64,000 bases of DNA, taken from the NCBI GenBank assembly GCA_050273025.1, contig CP158635.1, forward strand, positions 13,578,001 through 13,642,000. Direction: 5' to 3'. The position numbers and the translations under genes were made by a program. Source of the stretch: Cenococcum geophilum. Taxonomy: Eukaryota. The notes below the pieces were generated by a model. That model saw nothing but the letters and a program-made list of their open reading frames with translations, did no database searches and was not told the DNA's origin. Shown piece after piece: positions 51,101 to 64,000 of this stretch (within the stretch, counting starts at the first letter, position 1; the number at the start of each line of letters is the position of its first letter).

Positions 51101-54100
51101 TATAACAGGTCCGGAATATTGTTAAATCTTTAAATATAGGGTTTATTCTAATTTAGTAGAAAGCTTAGCAGATATTAAGTTTAGTAAAGATTTTTACCTA
51201 GCTTAGACGTATAAGGGTCTTATTAATTAAAGGAATAGGATACTAGTCCCTTTAAGTAATAGCGTTTAGCTTTTAATAGTTAATACAAAAATTAAGGCCT
51301 CTATTAGGCTTTTTTATAAACAGAATAGGGAAAGTAAAAGGGACTTAACTTAGCTTAATAAACCCTTTATCTAGGTTATTAATTAAATACTACTTTACTG
51401 CTTTTAGCTTATCCGTTAATTAATAGTAGAGGGGGCTATAGCCTAGTAAGTTATTAGCTTTTAATTAAATCTTATAATTATACGTCTAGTAGGGGGGTAA
51501 CTTATTTAAGGCCGCCTTTAAGAATGTATCCTTATAGTCTGTATAAATAGTAAAAAGAAGGCATTTAACTAGTTCCTTATTAGTTTCCTTAGCTAGCCTT
51601 TCCTCTCTATTATTAATAATTCGGTTAATTTTATATAGGCTTATTATAAAGACCTTATTGTCCTTCTAGTATTTATTAAAGTGGAACGCTATAGCGCTAA
51701 TTGCGGTAATGTCTATAGTAGGGGGGTTACCTAATAATAGAGGTATATATAACTTTAGGGACTTCCGGGGTACTGGCGTTATTATTACTTCTTTTAGCTC
51801 CTATTACATCTTTTGGAGGTTATCCCTTATATCCTATTAATACGTTCTTTTCTATACTAGTTAAATCTATACAATTTAGACGTTATCTATATTACTATTT
51901 ATCCCACTTTTATATATAGAGTCCTCTTTAAATATAGCGCTTTAGGAGAGTATCTTTATTAGTATAAAGTTCTTTCCAGCTTTACGGCGGGCGTTTTTTT
52001 AGGTAAAGGCTAGGTTATAGGCCCGGATATCCTACTAGTAGATAGGGTTAGCCTTTACGGCTAATATCTTACGGTTAGTTTAGATCTCCCTAATAAAGGA
52101 GGGTAATTTTAGTTTATCCTCTAGCTAGATAAACCGTCTTTATTATATATTTAACTAAATATTAAAATAAAACATCTATTTTTGTTTAAGGATTATATTA
52201 TAGGACCCTAGGTCTAGGATATAAAAGGGGATACCGTGTTAGTGTTATCTATTAAGAGTAATATATAACTTTAAGACGTAGGTAACGGGCTAACTGGCTT
52301 AGCCGTTATAGCCTTTTACCTAAATAGGCTTCTCTAGTTAGATAGCTTCTGTATTTAAAAACTTGGTAACATTATTTATATAGGCAGTATTTATAAAGGC
52401 GAAGCTATTTGCTCTAGTGTTAATAAGGGCGGTTATATTAACTCTATATTTATTTTAAAATACTATATATAGAACTATAAAATACTTTCTACCCATTAAC
52501 TAATTAAGATTAATCTCTTTAAGATTAATAGGGTACCCTAGGGGGGAGTCTTTCCCTAGGGTTCTTCTTTTCCTAACTTATTAGACGTTTTTCCTTCCTC
52601 CATCTCCTTAATATCGCCTATATCCTTTAGCTCCGGGCAGGATAAGGTAAAGTAACCCTACTTATTATAGTTAAAGCACGTAGTTAAGGTAGGGTTAATT
52701 AGAGTATTACGGCGAATACTAGTTAATAGTGTGATATATAACTAGTCGGGCGAGGCTTACTGGTGTATAGTTATAACCGCCTTTAGTATAAGAGTAGTTA
52801 TAACTTATCTTCCTGCTCTAGCTTCTATAGGTATAGCTAGCGAGTTCTAATTATTATGGAGTTGCTTCTACTAATTAGGGTAGGTATTAATTTGCTTTAG
52901 TTTTAAGTCTAATAATAGGTAATAAGCTACGAGTTTTTTATGGGTTAGTAGGTTATTTAAGGTTACGGTAATCTTTTCTTATAGCTGGATTATTAACTTA
53001 TTATATAGGTCTAATTAGTAGTTCTTAAGGGGAACCTAGCCTTCTCCTATAAGGTATAGAAATTAAGTCTAAAATTTAGTAAAGGGTTAGTTTAGTTTTA
53101 TTATTAGGCAATTATAGTTATAACGGGCATTCTATACTTTATTTAGGTTAATATAAATAGCTGCTAGGTGCTATATTATCTTATTAATAGATATAAATTA
53201 GATAGGGGAGTCGTCCTTAAACTTAGCTTAAAGGTGCCGTTAGGCGTCCCTAGTGGTTCGACTAAAGAGGTAGAGTATTTTAGCTTCTTTAGGAAGGAAA
53301 TAGTTATAGTTAACATAGAGCTTTTCTTATACTTAAATCCTCTAATTCTTAAAGGTAGGGTCTATCCTATTAGATAGTAGTAGGGGGTTAAAGAGCTTAA
53401 CGGACTTTAATTGCTTTATTATTATATCCGTACTCCCCAGTATATTATGTTTAGTGGAGTTAATAGGTTGGCTAGGGCTTTAAGAAGGGGAAGCTGGACT
53501 ATTTTATAGGGCTATAAGGCTTTTTAGGATCTCTTATAGGGTCTCTTATATATTTCTCGCTTTAAGACGATTGGCTTCCTAGCTAGCTATAAAGGCGCGA
53601 ATCTGCTCGCGTACATCTACGACGTTATTATTATCTTTAATTTCTAATCCTAATTAGATCTTAGGTTCCTCTTAGGTAGAGATAGCTCTCTTAAATAAGT
53701 TTACTTTAGGTGCTATTATTAGCTTTCTAAGGTTCGTTAGTATTATACGCTTTAGTTTTAATTCTAAGGGTATAGGTTTAGTCCTATTTAGCTTATAAGG
53801 TAGGATATTATCTAGGCCTTCCTAGGCAATATAGAGTTATTTTAGTGTCTAAGTATAGCGCGTTAATGCGTCGTTGCAGACGAAGTTTCTTTAGGATGGG
53901 ATATTATTAAGGCCTTCCCAGGCAAGGTAGGGTGAGCTTAGTATAATATAACGGCTCGTATAAATGCCTCTAAACTAAAGCTTGTAGAATGCTATCTTAC
54001 AAAGATACTAAGCTAAAGAGAAGGAAAAGGGGTTACTAGGACCGATGTAAACAAATATATAGAGTGAGCCGCTAAGGCGCTAGCTTTGGGCGGGCTAATT

Positions 54101-54327
54101 ATAGGTCGGCAGAATATGGCAGAATTTGGTAGGTAATGTACAATAGCGCCGTTATAGTAGGATTTAGTAAAACTTAGTGGAATTTAGTGGAATATAGTAG
54201 GATGCGGTAGATTGCTAATAGATTGCTATATATTACGGCAAATTGCGGTCTTATAGTTGGTCTTTAGTTGCTAAGTTAGTGGAAACAGGTAGACGTGTGC
54301 AAGGTATTACGGGGGTATCCCGTAACA
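42187..54327 (-). mobile_element. Full-length Gypsy D (same pol/LTR family as B), its 5' LTR split by E
   Basis: LTR at 42187-42564 and split LTR at 47772-47983 + 54157-54327; flanks ctcta/ctccg; reverse PPT gtacccccccttt at 42565. gag ~47740-46560 and pol ~46520-42590. Confidence 0.92.
47984..54156 (-). mobile_element. Full-length Gypsy chromovirus E inserted in the 5' LTR of D
   Basis: 210-bp LTRs at 47984-48193 and ~53947-54156; TSD gtaag/gtagg; reverse PPT at 48194. Protease ALINTRANSFAF, RT VYLDD (~50980), IN and chromodomain. Confidence 0.93.
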
Positions 54328-56040
54328 CTCCGCCCTAATCTCCTCTAAAAGGAAGGTTTTAGAGCTAAGTCGCTCTCTAAAACAGCTCTGCCTTAGGATC
54401 TTATTAAATACTTTAGATGTTATAAACTCTAACTCTTAGGACTATAGCATAACTATTAACTGCTGTTTTTAGCAGAATAGTTAATAGGCTAGTGCTTAAG
54501 TCCTAATTAATACAGGAGCTAGTAGTATAGGATTTATTAATAAGATCTTTGTATAAGATAATGGTTTTACCCTAACCCCCCTTAACTAGCATATTAATAT
54601 ATTTAGATTTAATAGTAAACGCACGGTCTTAGGCCGAATTGCCTATATAGTATACTTAAAACTTTAATACCTAAACTATAAAGAACTAATTAGGCTTTTT
54701 ATTACCACCTTAGGTTACCTAGTAATTCTTAAACAACTCTAGATAAAGCTTTATAGGTAACTATTAATTAAAACAACCTTAAGCTTCTATTTACCGCCTC
54801 CCGCTATAAGCAGAAGTACCTTACAACTTACTACCTAGACCTAAAACTAAAATTTAAAAAATTTACTAAAATCTACCCTATACCTAAGAAGTCCACCCAA
54901 TTTTACTAGCCTAGGAATTTTACCGAATTCTACTAATATAAGACTTCTACCAATATCTATTAAGAATTTAGAAATTCTACTAAACCCTATAAACCGATTC
55001 TAACTACTATACCGCCCTAAGCTAAGTAAAAGCTTAAGCTTAATATACAAAAATACTAGAAGGACTGGTATTTTACTATAAAAAGGATTATTAAAGAACC
55101 CGAACCCAAATTTAATACTAACTCTATACCTAATACTAAACCCAAAGCTAAATAAGAAGCTATATAAGAAACTATAAATAATCTAAACAAGTTTAACACC
55201 CTAGACATCTATATAATTAGAGCTACTCCGCTAGTATAACTTGCTAAGAAACCTAAATATATAATCTTCGCTATTATAATAGCCGATATTAAGAAAGCCT
55301 TAGCACTAAAGAAGTATACTAACCCTGCCATAAAGGTACTAGTAGAGTATTATTACCGCCTAAATATATTCTTATAAAAGGAAGCTAATAAGCTACCGGA
55401 ATACCGACTATATAACTATAAGATTATACTTAAAGAAGAAAAGCAGCCTAGATTTAGACCCCTATATAGGATATTCTAAAATAAACTCTAAGTGCTATAA
55501 AAGTATTTAGGCAAGAACCTAAGTAAAGGATTTATTAGAGTAAGCTTATCGCCTATAGCTATACTAGTAATCTTCGTTAAGAAACCTAGTAGTAGTTTAC
55601 GCTTGAATATAAACTACCAAGCTTTTAATACCATTACCATTAAGAATTAATATATAATCCTATTAATATAAAAGACGCTAAACTAATTAAGTAAGGCTCG
55701 CTACTATACAAAGCTTAATATTATCTCTATATTTAACCATCTCTATATAGCAAAAGGAGATAAATAGCTTATTATATTTCGTACTTAGTATAGATTATTT
55801 AAATACTTAGTAACGCTATTTAGCCTTATAAATGCCCTAAGCTCGTTCTAATATTATATAAATAATACCCTACGTTCCTACCTAGACATCTTCTATACTA
55901 CTTATATTAATAATATCTTAATATATAGTAATAACCTAACCAAATACCAAAAATACGTTAATTTTGTCCTATAAGCCTTATATAGAGCTAGTCTATAATT
56001 AGATATAGATAAATGCAAGTTTTATAAAATAGAAGTCCTA

Positions 56041-57815
56041 AGCTCGGACCCCTAGAACTCGTTTACCCCCCGAACTCGTTTACCCCACCAAATCGGCCAC
56101 ACCACTTTGGAAGCTATTTACACTCAACGAAATCAAATCGATTATTTGCTCTTATATGTTATTTAGTATATCGACTTCGGGCTTTCTATCTAGCGCATTT
56201 TAAAGCTTTGATTTTGGCTACTTTACCCTTATTTTAGCCTTTTTCCCCTCTGTCTCCACTATAGCTTAGTTAATTAAATCTATATATTTTAATATTATAT
56301 TTAGATCTACCATTATCTATTTATAAAAATTTAGACTTTTAAGGTCTTTAAGTTGCAATTAAAAGCTATATATTTAAGCGTCTATATATATAGCTTTTAT
56401 AATAACTCTATAAAGTTGTTAACTTATTTTTTATAAAAGTGACTAAGTCTTTTAATTAAGTATATACTTATTGTAAAGGCCTTAAGCTACTTAATTATAT
56501 TATAAGGCTTCTTTAGGGTCGTTATAATATTAAATTACTTACTATTAGCTTATTTAAAGCTTAATCCTATTATTAAAGCCCTATTTTTAACCTAAAAAGA
56601 TTTATAGCCTTTATATAGATTTTATAAGTAAATACTAAAGATATACTAGCTAAATTTAATTATTTTTATTATAAGGCCTTATTTTAGGTATTATAGTAAT
56701 ACTTAATAAATTAATACTTTATAATTAGACCTATATAGTTAAGATATATATACTTTATAATTAACTAAAAATATCTTAACTTAATAGAGGAGGAATAAAA
56801 TAGATTTAAGGGTTATAATATTAAATAAAGTAACTAAAAATAAGCCATATATGATATATTTTATATTTTAATAAAAATCTAACTATATCATGGCCTATCT
56901 AGCTATTAAGGAAATATAATTAAGCTTTATTATTAAATAATTTAGTTTTTGGTATAAAAATAATAATAATTAGTCCAAATATAATATAACTAGCTATTTA
57001 ACTATTCTTTTACGTTATATATATTGAATAAAGTACCTTACTTTAGTATACTTATATTAATTAAGGGTATATTCCTTTAAAATAAATTCTTTCGCTAAGG
57101 GTATATATTGTCTTTATAATAAATACCTATTTATAATTATTAAATAACTTTATAAATAACTTTTTTTTAAAGATATATCCTATAGTAATTAAATTTATAT
57201 ATATGCTTAATATAGCTCTGAATTTGTCTAAATTTTAGGTGTTTTTTTGCCTATATATTAACCTTTTTTACACCCTTTTATAAAGGCTATAAAACTTTTA
57301 AATTTACTTTAGTTATACCCTATTAATTTATATACCTTCTATTAATTAGGTATATATAAATTTTATTTAAAGATTTTATTTAAAGTAGCTAATTACATAT
57401 ATTTTACTAAGGGGCTTAGTATTACTACCCTAACCAAAGACCTAAGCTGTTATTTTTTTTATAATTACGTATATAATGGGAATATTTTTAATAAACCCTA
57501 TTTAAATACCCAATTAGTAAGGAAGGCCTACTATATAGGAGTTAATTGCTATTCGCATTGGTGTGTAAATTGTTGTAATAGCCTGCCATTTAATTGGTCG
57601 CTTAAAATTAATAAAGGAATACCGTATACAAGTATAGCTTTTCGCGCATACTTATAAACACCAGATTTGAAATCTACGATGGTCATTTATAAGTTCTGCT
57701 TATTTTTGTCCATATTAATCGATTCGTTGTGGAGAAAATTGGTTGACAAATTGGTAGTTTGATTTTGGTTGGGTCGCCGAGTTCGGGGGGTCGCCGAGTT
57801 CTAGGGGTCCGAGCT
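56041..57815 (-). mobile_element. Tc1/mariner (Fot1/pogo-type) DNA transposon, 1775 bp
   Basis: 21-bp TIR agctcggacccctagaactcg with subterminal repeats; TA TSD; removal restores the B RT frame EVL-YL. Confidence 0.93.
56200..57713 (-). pseudogene. Fot1/pogo-type transposase, heavily RIPed
   Basis: ATG at 57713; N-terminus MDKNKQNL.MTIVDFKSGVYKYARKAILVYGIPLLILSDQLNG resembles the psq-type HTH. 3' limit approximate. Confidence 0.8.
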
Positions 57816-60097
57816 TATACCTTAGACTTCTTATCTTTATAAATGACATATAAATAGACCTAAAGAAAGTTAAAGTAATTATTAACTGGCAAAAACCTAA
57901 GAATGTTAAGGACGTAAGAGCCTTTATAAGATTTGCTAATTTCTACTAACAGTTTATTAATAACTTCTCCGCCCTAGTTTTACTCCTTATAGCCTTTACC
58001 TAAAAGGATAACGCCTTTATCTTTAATAAGAAATGTAAAAAGGCCTTTACCTATCTAAAGGTTATATTTACTACTGCGCTAATACTCTAATACTTTAACC
58101 TAAACCAAATAAGTATTATAAAAGCCGACTTATCTAACTACGTTATTAAAGGTATCCTATCTTAATATAACAAGGATAGAGTATTATACCCTATAGTATA
58201 CTTCTTAAAATAACTAAGCCTAGCTAAATATAACTACAAGATCTATAATAAGGAATTATTAGCTATTATTAGATATTTTAAACAATGGCGACCCGAACTA
58301 AAAGGCGCTAGATTTTTAATTAAGGTCTTTAATAACTATAAGAACCTATAGTACTTTATAACCATAAAACAGCTAGGCTACTGTTAGGCCTGCTAGTTAA
58401 AATACCTATCCTATTTTTAATTCTTAATTACGTACTATCTAGGCGTTTAAGGCTAAAAGCCTAATGCTCTAACCTAATGCTTATAAGACGCGCTAGCATT
58501 AAAAGAAGCGCGCTCTTACTAAAATCAGACCCCACTTTATCCTAAACTATTTAACTCTCCTACTAAAGACCTTGCGGTATACGTCCTTAAAATAACCGAT
58601 TAATTAATTAAATAGATTATAATTAACGAATATTTAAATAATAAGTTTATCTAAGAGACGCTTAAGCTAATATAAGACGGTATTAGACGCTTTAAAAAGA
58701 TTTCTTTAAGTAAATGCGAAGCTTACGGAAACCGCTTATACTACTAGAACTGCCTAGTTATACCTAACTACAACGAACTTAAGCTTAAGCTCCTTAAACA
58801 TATATATAATCTACTAGTAGCTAGCTACCTAGGCCAAGAGAAGACCTTAAATCTACTCTAATAGGAGTACTACTAGCCGAATATATATAATATAATATAA
58901 AGGTACGTCTCTAGCTACTATATCTACTGACGAGCTAAAGCTTCGCATAAGACGTATAACGGCCTTCTTAAGCTACTACCTATTCCGGACCGAAGATAGA
59001 AGGATATCTTAATTAACTTTATTATTAACCTCCCTATAAGTAAAGGCTATATAAATATTATAGTAGTTATAGACTAACTATCTAAGATAAGATATTTAAT
59101 TGCCTACCCTAATATATTAATACTTACCGTCGCCTAATTATTCCTAGACTATATATAAAAACTCTATAGACTTCCTAAAACGATTATCTCTAATAGAGGC
59201 AGCTAGTTTATTTCTATATTTTAGAAAGAACTAACTACCTAACTCCGTATTAAAGTACTGCTATCTATTATATACTACCGAGAAATAGACAGCTAAATAA
59301 AACGCGTAAATGCTATAATGGAATAGTATATTTAAATATACATATTATATTTATAAGATGACTAAATTAACTGGCTTATATTCGCCGAGTTTACTATAAA
59401 TAATTCTATCTCGGAAACTATAAAGGTCTCCCCGTTTCTAGCTAACTACAGTTAGTATTTATAAATAGGTTTTAAACCCTTTAGTAATGTTCCTTACCCC
59501 GCTTATTACGCCTTATAAATTATAAAAGTAAATAAATTCGTAGAAAAGATAGAGGAAATATAATAGTTTCTTACTAATGAGATAATATAGGCCTACTCTA
59601 TTTATAAAGCCGTAGTAAATAAAAACAGAACCCTAGTACCGGCCTACTAGACTAGTAACTTTGTCTAGCTAGATATAAGAAATCTAAACACGAAACAACC
59701 TACTAAGAAACTTAATTAGAAGAATGCTGGCCCTTATAAGGTTAAGAAGGTTGTCTCCTCTTACGTATACCAATTAAAGCTCCCTAATATAGTTAAAATC
59801 CATCCTGTATTTTATATATCAGTCCTTTACCCTACTACCCCTATATTAGACGCCCTGTCCAGATAGATCTAGAACCCCCCTTTACTAGTTAAAGTAGATA
59901 GTAAGAACAAGTACTTTATTAAAATAATTAATAATATTAAGTATAATAAAAGGGAACGCCAATATATATACCTTATAAAATAGAGAGGTTTTTCTAAACC
60001 CTTATAGGAACCTATTAACTCTATAAGACTTTTATAAACTCTACCTAGAACTACTATAGCCCTATCTCACAGAAGCTCGAGTTTAAAGGGAGAGTAC

Positions 60098-60466
60098 TGT
60101 TATAGGACTTCCCCATAACACTTTATATACGTCTACCTATTTCTACTAACTTAGTAACTAAAGACCGACTATAAGACCGTAACTTGCCGCAATCTATAAT
60201 AATCTAACAGTAATCTGCCGCATTCTGCTATATTCTACTAAGTTTTACTAAGTTTTACTAAGTTTTGCTAGGACTACCACCTAAATCCTATTTTACTTCG
60301 TATATATATTAACTAAGTAACTAAGTCTATAATATATACCCTTTCTTCCCGTTTTCCTACCTTCTTTCCTTATATAACGTCTTAATCTTATTATACAGTT
60401 TATTTATATAGCTTAATAATATCTACTTTGCTATATATTACCGTCGCTTATACTTACTCCGTAACA
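60098..60466 (+). repeat. B 3' LTR (369 bp)
   Basis: tgtta...gtaaca; reverse complement of the D LTRs. Confidence 0.92.
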
Positions 60467-62785
60467 CTTATAGATAAGCTCTACCCTACACTACTAAACG
60501 CAAACCTACATAAGAAATAGTAGCCGAAAATTCTTATCTCTATTATAAAAATCCGCAACTATAGCCCTAGCGCTTATATTAGAAAAACACCTTATAAAGC
60601 CTAGTATAGTAAGAAGCCAGACTTATCCTTTATCTAAGTACTAGGAAGTAACTACCTAGTACTAAAACCTAAAAAGAAATGGTAAAAACTTACTAATATA
60701 AAAACAATACTATATAAACTCCTTAGCTTTAAAGGAAGTTAGAACTACCATATCTTAACAAAAAATAGCATAATTACTCGCTCCGCAAACGTTATATTTA
60801 TAGAAAAAAGACCTTATCTAGGCGCCCTAAGTACTAAAGGGGAGACATAAAAACGGTTAAATAAGTAATTAGCTAAAGACCCTATAGGTCCTAGTAGGAC
60901 TTCTAAATAACTAAGAGTGCCTTACGTAGAAGATTTATACCCTACTAATAGGGAAGATGGAAATCTAGTAGATAAGTCACTAGCTTGGCTAGAGAACCTT
61001 AAACCTTTTAAAACCTTTAAAAGGGAAAATACTAGCAAGACATTACCTAAAAAAAAGGGCGGCGTAAGCCCCTTAACTACTGCTAGCAGTAATATACTAA
61101 AAAGAAATAATAAAATAGACCTATAAAATATAGGCAAATTATTAAACTAAACTAACCCTAAAAATAGGGAACCGCCGTCTAAAATAGAAAATGTATACTT
61201 AGTACCTAGCAAGATACTTTAAAGCTACCCTAAGCTATAAATATTAATAAGAATAACTAAAGGCTAATACTTAAAGGATTTAATAAGGAGGTATATATTT
61301 GTAGTAGCGCTCCTAGAAGCAGTAAAAGCTATAACGGAACATTTTAAACTAAAAACACTGCTATAAGCTAGGGCTAATATCTCTTAAAAATAATAGCTCG
61401 TAGCTATAAAGGATAAACACAAGTCCCTACTTAACAATATCACGTAGATCCTAGTTAACCCCCCTCTAAATAAACGGGTCTTACGAGGCAAATAGGTCTA
61501 TAAACTAAAAAGAGGACTAAATGGTAAAATATTACAGTATAAAGCCCGCTAGGTTATACGCGGATTTAATTAACAAAAAGGCATTAACTATAATGAGATA
61601 TTTATATTAGTAGTTAAACCAATAAGCTACAAGATAATCTTCGCCATTGCCACAGCAATTAACCTTAAAATTAAATAAATAGACGTTAAGATAGCCTTTC
61701 TATATAAAGCAATTAATAAAGAAATATATATTAAGCAACTAATAAGGCTAAAAGATAGGATAAAAAGAGTCTGGTAACTAAATAAGGCACTTTATAGACT
61801 TAAACAATCGCCACAAATCTAATATTATACCCTTGCCCTCTTCCTAAAAACCCTAGGATTTTTACCGCTCTTATCCGACCTTAGTATATTCGCAAAAGGT
61901 TATATCTACCTAGCAGTTTACGTAGACAACCTACTAATAGTAGGCCCCAATAAAAACAATATAAAAGATTAAAGACGCCCTTAGTAAACGTTTCTAAATA
62001 ACCAACTTAGGGCCTTATACTTACTACCTAGAAATATTAGTACGCAGAAACCAACTAACACACTCCCTTTAGCTTTACCAAAAAGGGTATATTAAAAAAG
62101 TACTACGGGAATTTAATATATGGGAGTATAAACTAGTTATAAACCCTATAAATATAAATAAACCAAAACCCTTTAAAGAAGGCTTTATAGCTATAAAAAT
62201 AGACTAGAACTAGTACGCTAGGGCAATTAGGTTACTAATATACGTCATACTAGAGACTAGACCAGATATTATATACGTAGTATTAGTCTATAGCCGTTAT
62301 ATAGCTAACCTAAAAAAAACCCTATATTAAAGCTATAAAACGCATCTTCTAATACCTTTAAGGCACTATTAACCTAGAGTTAACCTACTCTAGTTTTTTT
62401 AGAAAAAGTAGTTAAATATATTAACCTAAACTAAGCGGGAGATATTATAACTAAACGCTCTACTATAGGGTATATCTTTAATATTAAAAGTAGAGCAATT
62501 AGCTGGTTATTAAAAAGGCAGCCTATTATTACCCTATTATCCTATAAGGTAGAATATATAGGAGAAACATAGGCTACTAAGGAAGCCGTCTAGCTTAGAA
62601 AATCTCCTATCAGAACTACTTAAGTTAGAAAAAGATCCTATAGCAACTATAATCTACGAAGATAATTAAGGAGCTATAGCCCTAGCTAAGAACCCCTAAT
62701 TCCACTTTAGGATAAAGCATATCTTAATTTAACACTATTATATGCGAGAAAGACAGGCTAAAGGGGACGTAAACCTATCCCTTAA
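60467..62785 (+). mobile_element. Canonical Copia fragment Co3 (post-integrase linker, RT, RNase H)
   Basis: RVLRGK.VYKLKR..YKAR.VIRGF, IDVKIAFLY, LAVYVDNLL, RSTIGYIF..AISWLLKRQ. Confidence 0.92.
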
Positions 62786-64000
62786 CCCACCGGCGTCCAT
62801 CTAGTAGATAGTCCGTGTAGAACACCAGAATTAAAACTACGCGTATAGCCTATATAGATTTAATTAATACATTACCATTAACTATGCCTTTATATTGTAC
62901 TTCTAATAATATAGACCTTATTTAGCCGACTTAATATAATGTTTAACCAAATTAGGTAGCTAAAAAAACTACCCCTAAAGCTATAAGAACTGCCCAATTT
63001 TAAGCCTTTATATATTAACGATTTTAATAACTATAGCACCCCAAATTTACCTCCTACCCTTAATAGAGGCAATCCGTTTACTATATTTAGTTAATTCTTT
63101 ATAGATAAGATTATAGATAAGCTAGTAGAGTGGACAAATAAATACGTAGAGCTATACCTGTTAGACGGCGAAAGACTATAAGTACGCCTATGGCAGCCAA
63201 TATATAAGGATAAACTCTAGGCGTATTTTAGTGTGCTTATTTATATAGGCCTTACGCATAAATTGTCTATTAAGGACTACTAGGGCTCTTTAAACACTAC
63301 TAGCTTAGAGTATATTTTTAAAAAAAAGCCGGGTACAATTTAAACAGCTTAATTGCTACTTTTAGTGTATAGAACTATGGCTAGATAATAATTCTATACT
63401 ATAATCTATATTTAATAGAGTTAGTAAGCTTACTAAATACATTCGGCTTACCTATAGGAAGCTTTATAGCCCTAGCACGCACCTAACTATTAATAAGACG
63501 ATTAAACGCTTTATAGGCTGTGCTTCTAAAATAGTTAATATTTCTTTTAAATTAATGCCCAAAGGCTTTAAAATATAGGTCCTAGCAAACGAGGGCTATA
63601 TACTTAATTGGCTCTAGTATATAAGAGGTAATAAGGCAGGTCCAGTTAATCTAAATAAGATATTTATAGAGGAAGGCCTTTTAAAGACGTAGGCAGTAGT
63701 GCTTAATTTACTTACTTAGCGTAATATAGAGTTAAATAAGCCTCTCTATTCTCTAGGAAAGCACATTATTTAGCTTAATAATTTATTTATAAGCGTTAAG
63801 CTTCTTATATAACTTTAAGGGCTTAGTATTAGAGTAGAAACTATCCGGACTACTAAAACAAAGTAGAAAAAGAAGGGAGGAGAGGAGGGCAATATATTGG
63901 TAAATTTAGGGAGTAGAAAAAAGGTTAAAGTTACTGTAGAGCAAATTAACTATAGGCTCGCTAACCTTAAATTAACTTACGCAGCTTAAATAGAATGGGG
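62786..64000 (+). mobile_element. piggyBac transposon (left end and RIPed transposase), runs off the right edge
   Basis: TTAA at 62782-62785 followed by CCC. HLTINKTIKRFIG..PKGFKI.VLANEGYILNW and LNNLFISVKLL match piggyBac DDD motifs after reversing RIP changes. Confidence 0.88.

Larger units (their letters stand above)
22600..60466 (+). mobile_element. Gypsy chromovirus B, host of the large nest (own pieces 22600-23373, 41787-41993, 54328-56040, 57816-60466); 5' LTR missing
   Basis: gag (KRLLNPLAYLGKRSKL..LKNKL; knuckle CFKYGSDTYISSYC), protease LINTGA (~54505), RT, RH, IN. PPT aaagggagag and 3' LTR at 60098-60466. Sequence rejoins across each insertion at its TSD. Confidence 0.85.

Noticed and set aside
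3406..61137. Remaining ORF-track entries as host genes
   Set aside because: They lie inside the elements above, as surviving fragments (e.g. 3406-3666 LINE RT) or as off-frame and antisense readings.

Overview
This window is fungal (filamentous ascomycete-type) repeat DNA with no intact host gene. It is a nested transposon cluster heavily mutated by RIP: CpA/TpG is depleted, TpA is enriched, and reading frames are broken by TAA/TAG. Using LTR pairs, TIRs and target-site duplications (TSDs) I resolve seven Gypsy elements, three Copia-like elements, two LINE insertions, two solo LTRs, three TA-flanked TIR DNA elements and a piggyBac. Nesting reaches at least four levels. The most interesting signals are: (1) a spliced gene with a six-cysteine motif, carried antisense inside Gypsy G2; (2) a second decayed multi-intron gene at 20.9-22.4 kb; (3) a hairpin+CTAATTAGT cassette shared by the 3' UTRs of three Gypsy elements and one Copia; (4) Tf1-like self-priming signatures; (5) a weakly RIPed 1.85-kb TIR element built of palindromic arrays; (6) two insertions at the same 5-bp target. 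Coordinates were read by eye. Element ends with TSDs are good to a few bases; internal ORF limits are approximate. No database searches were run.
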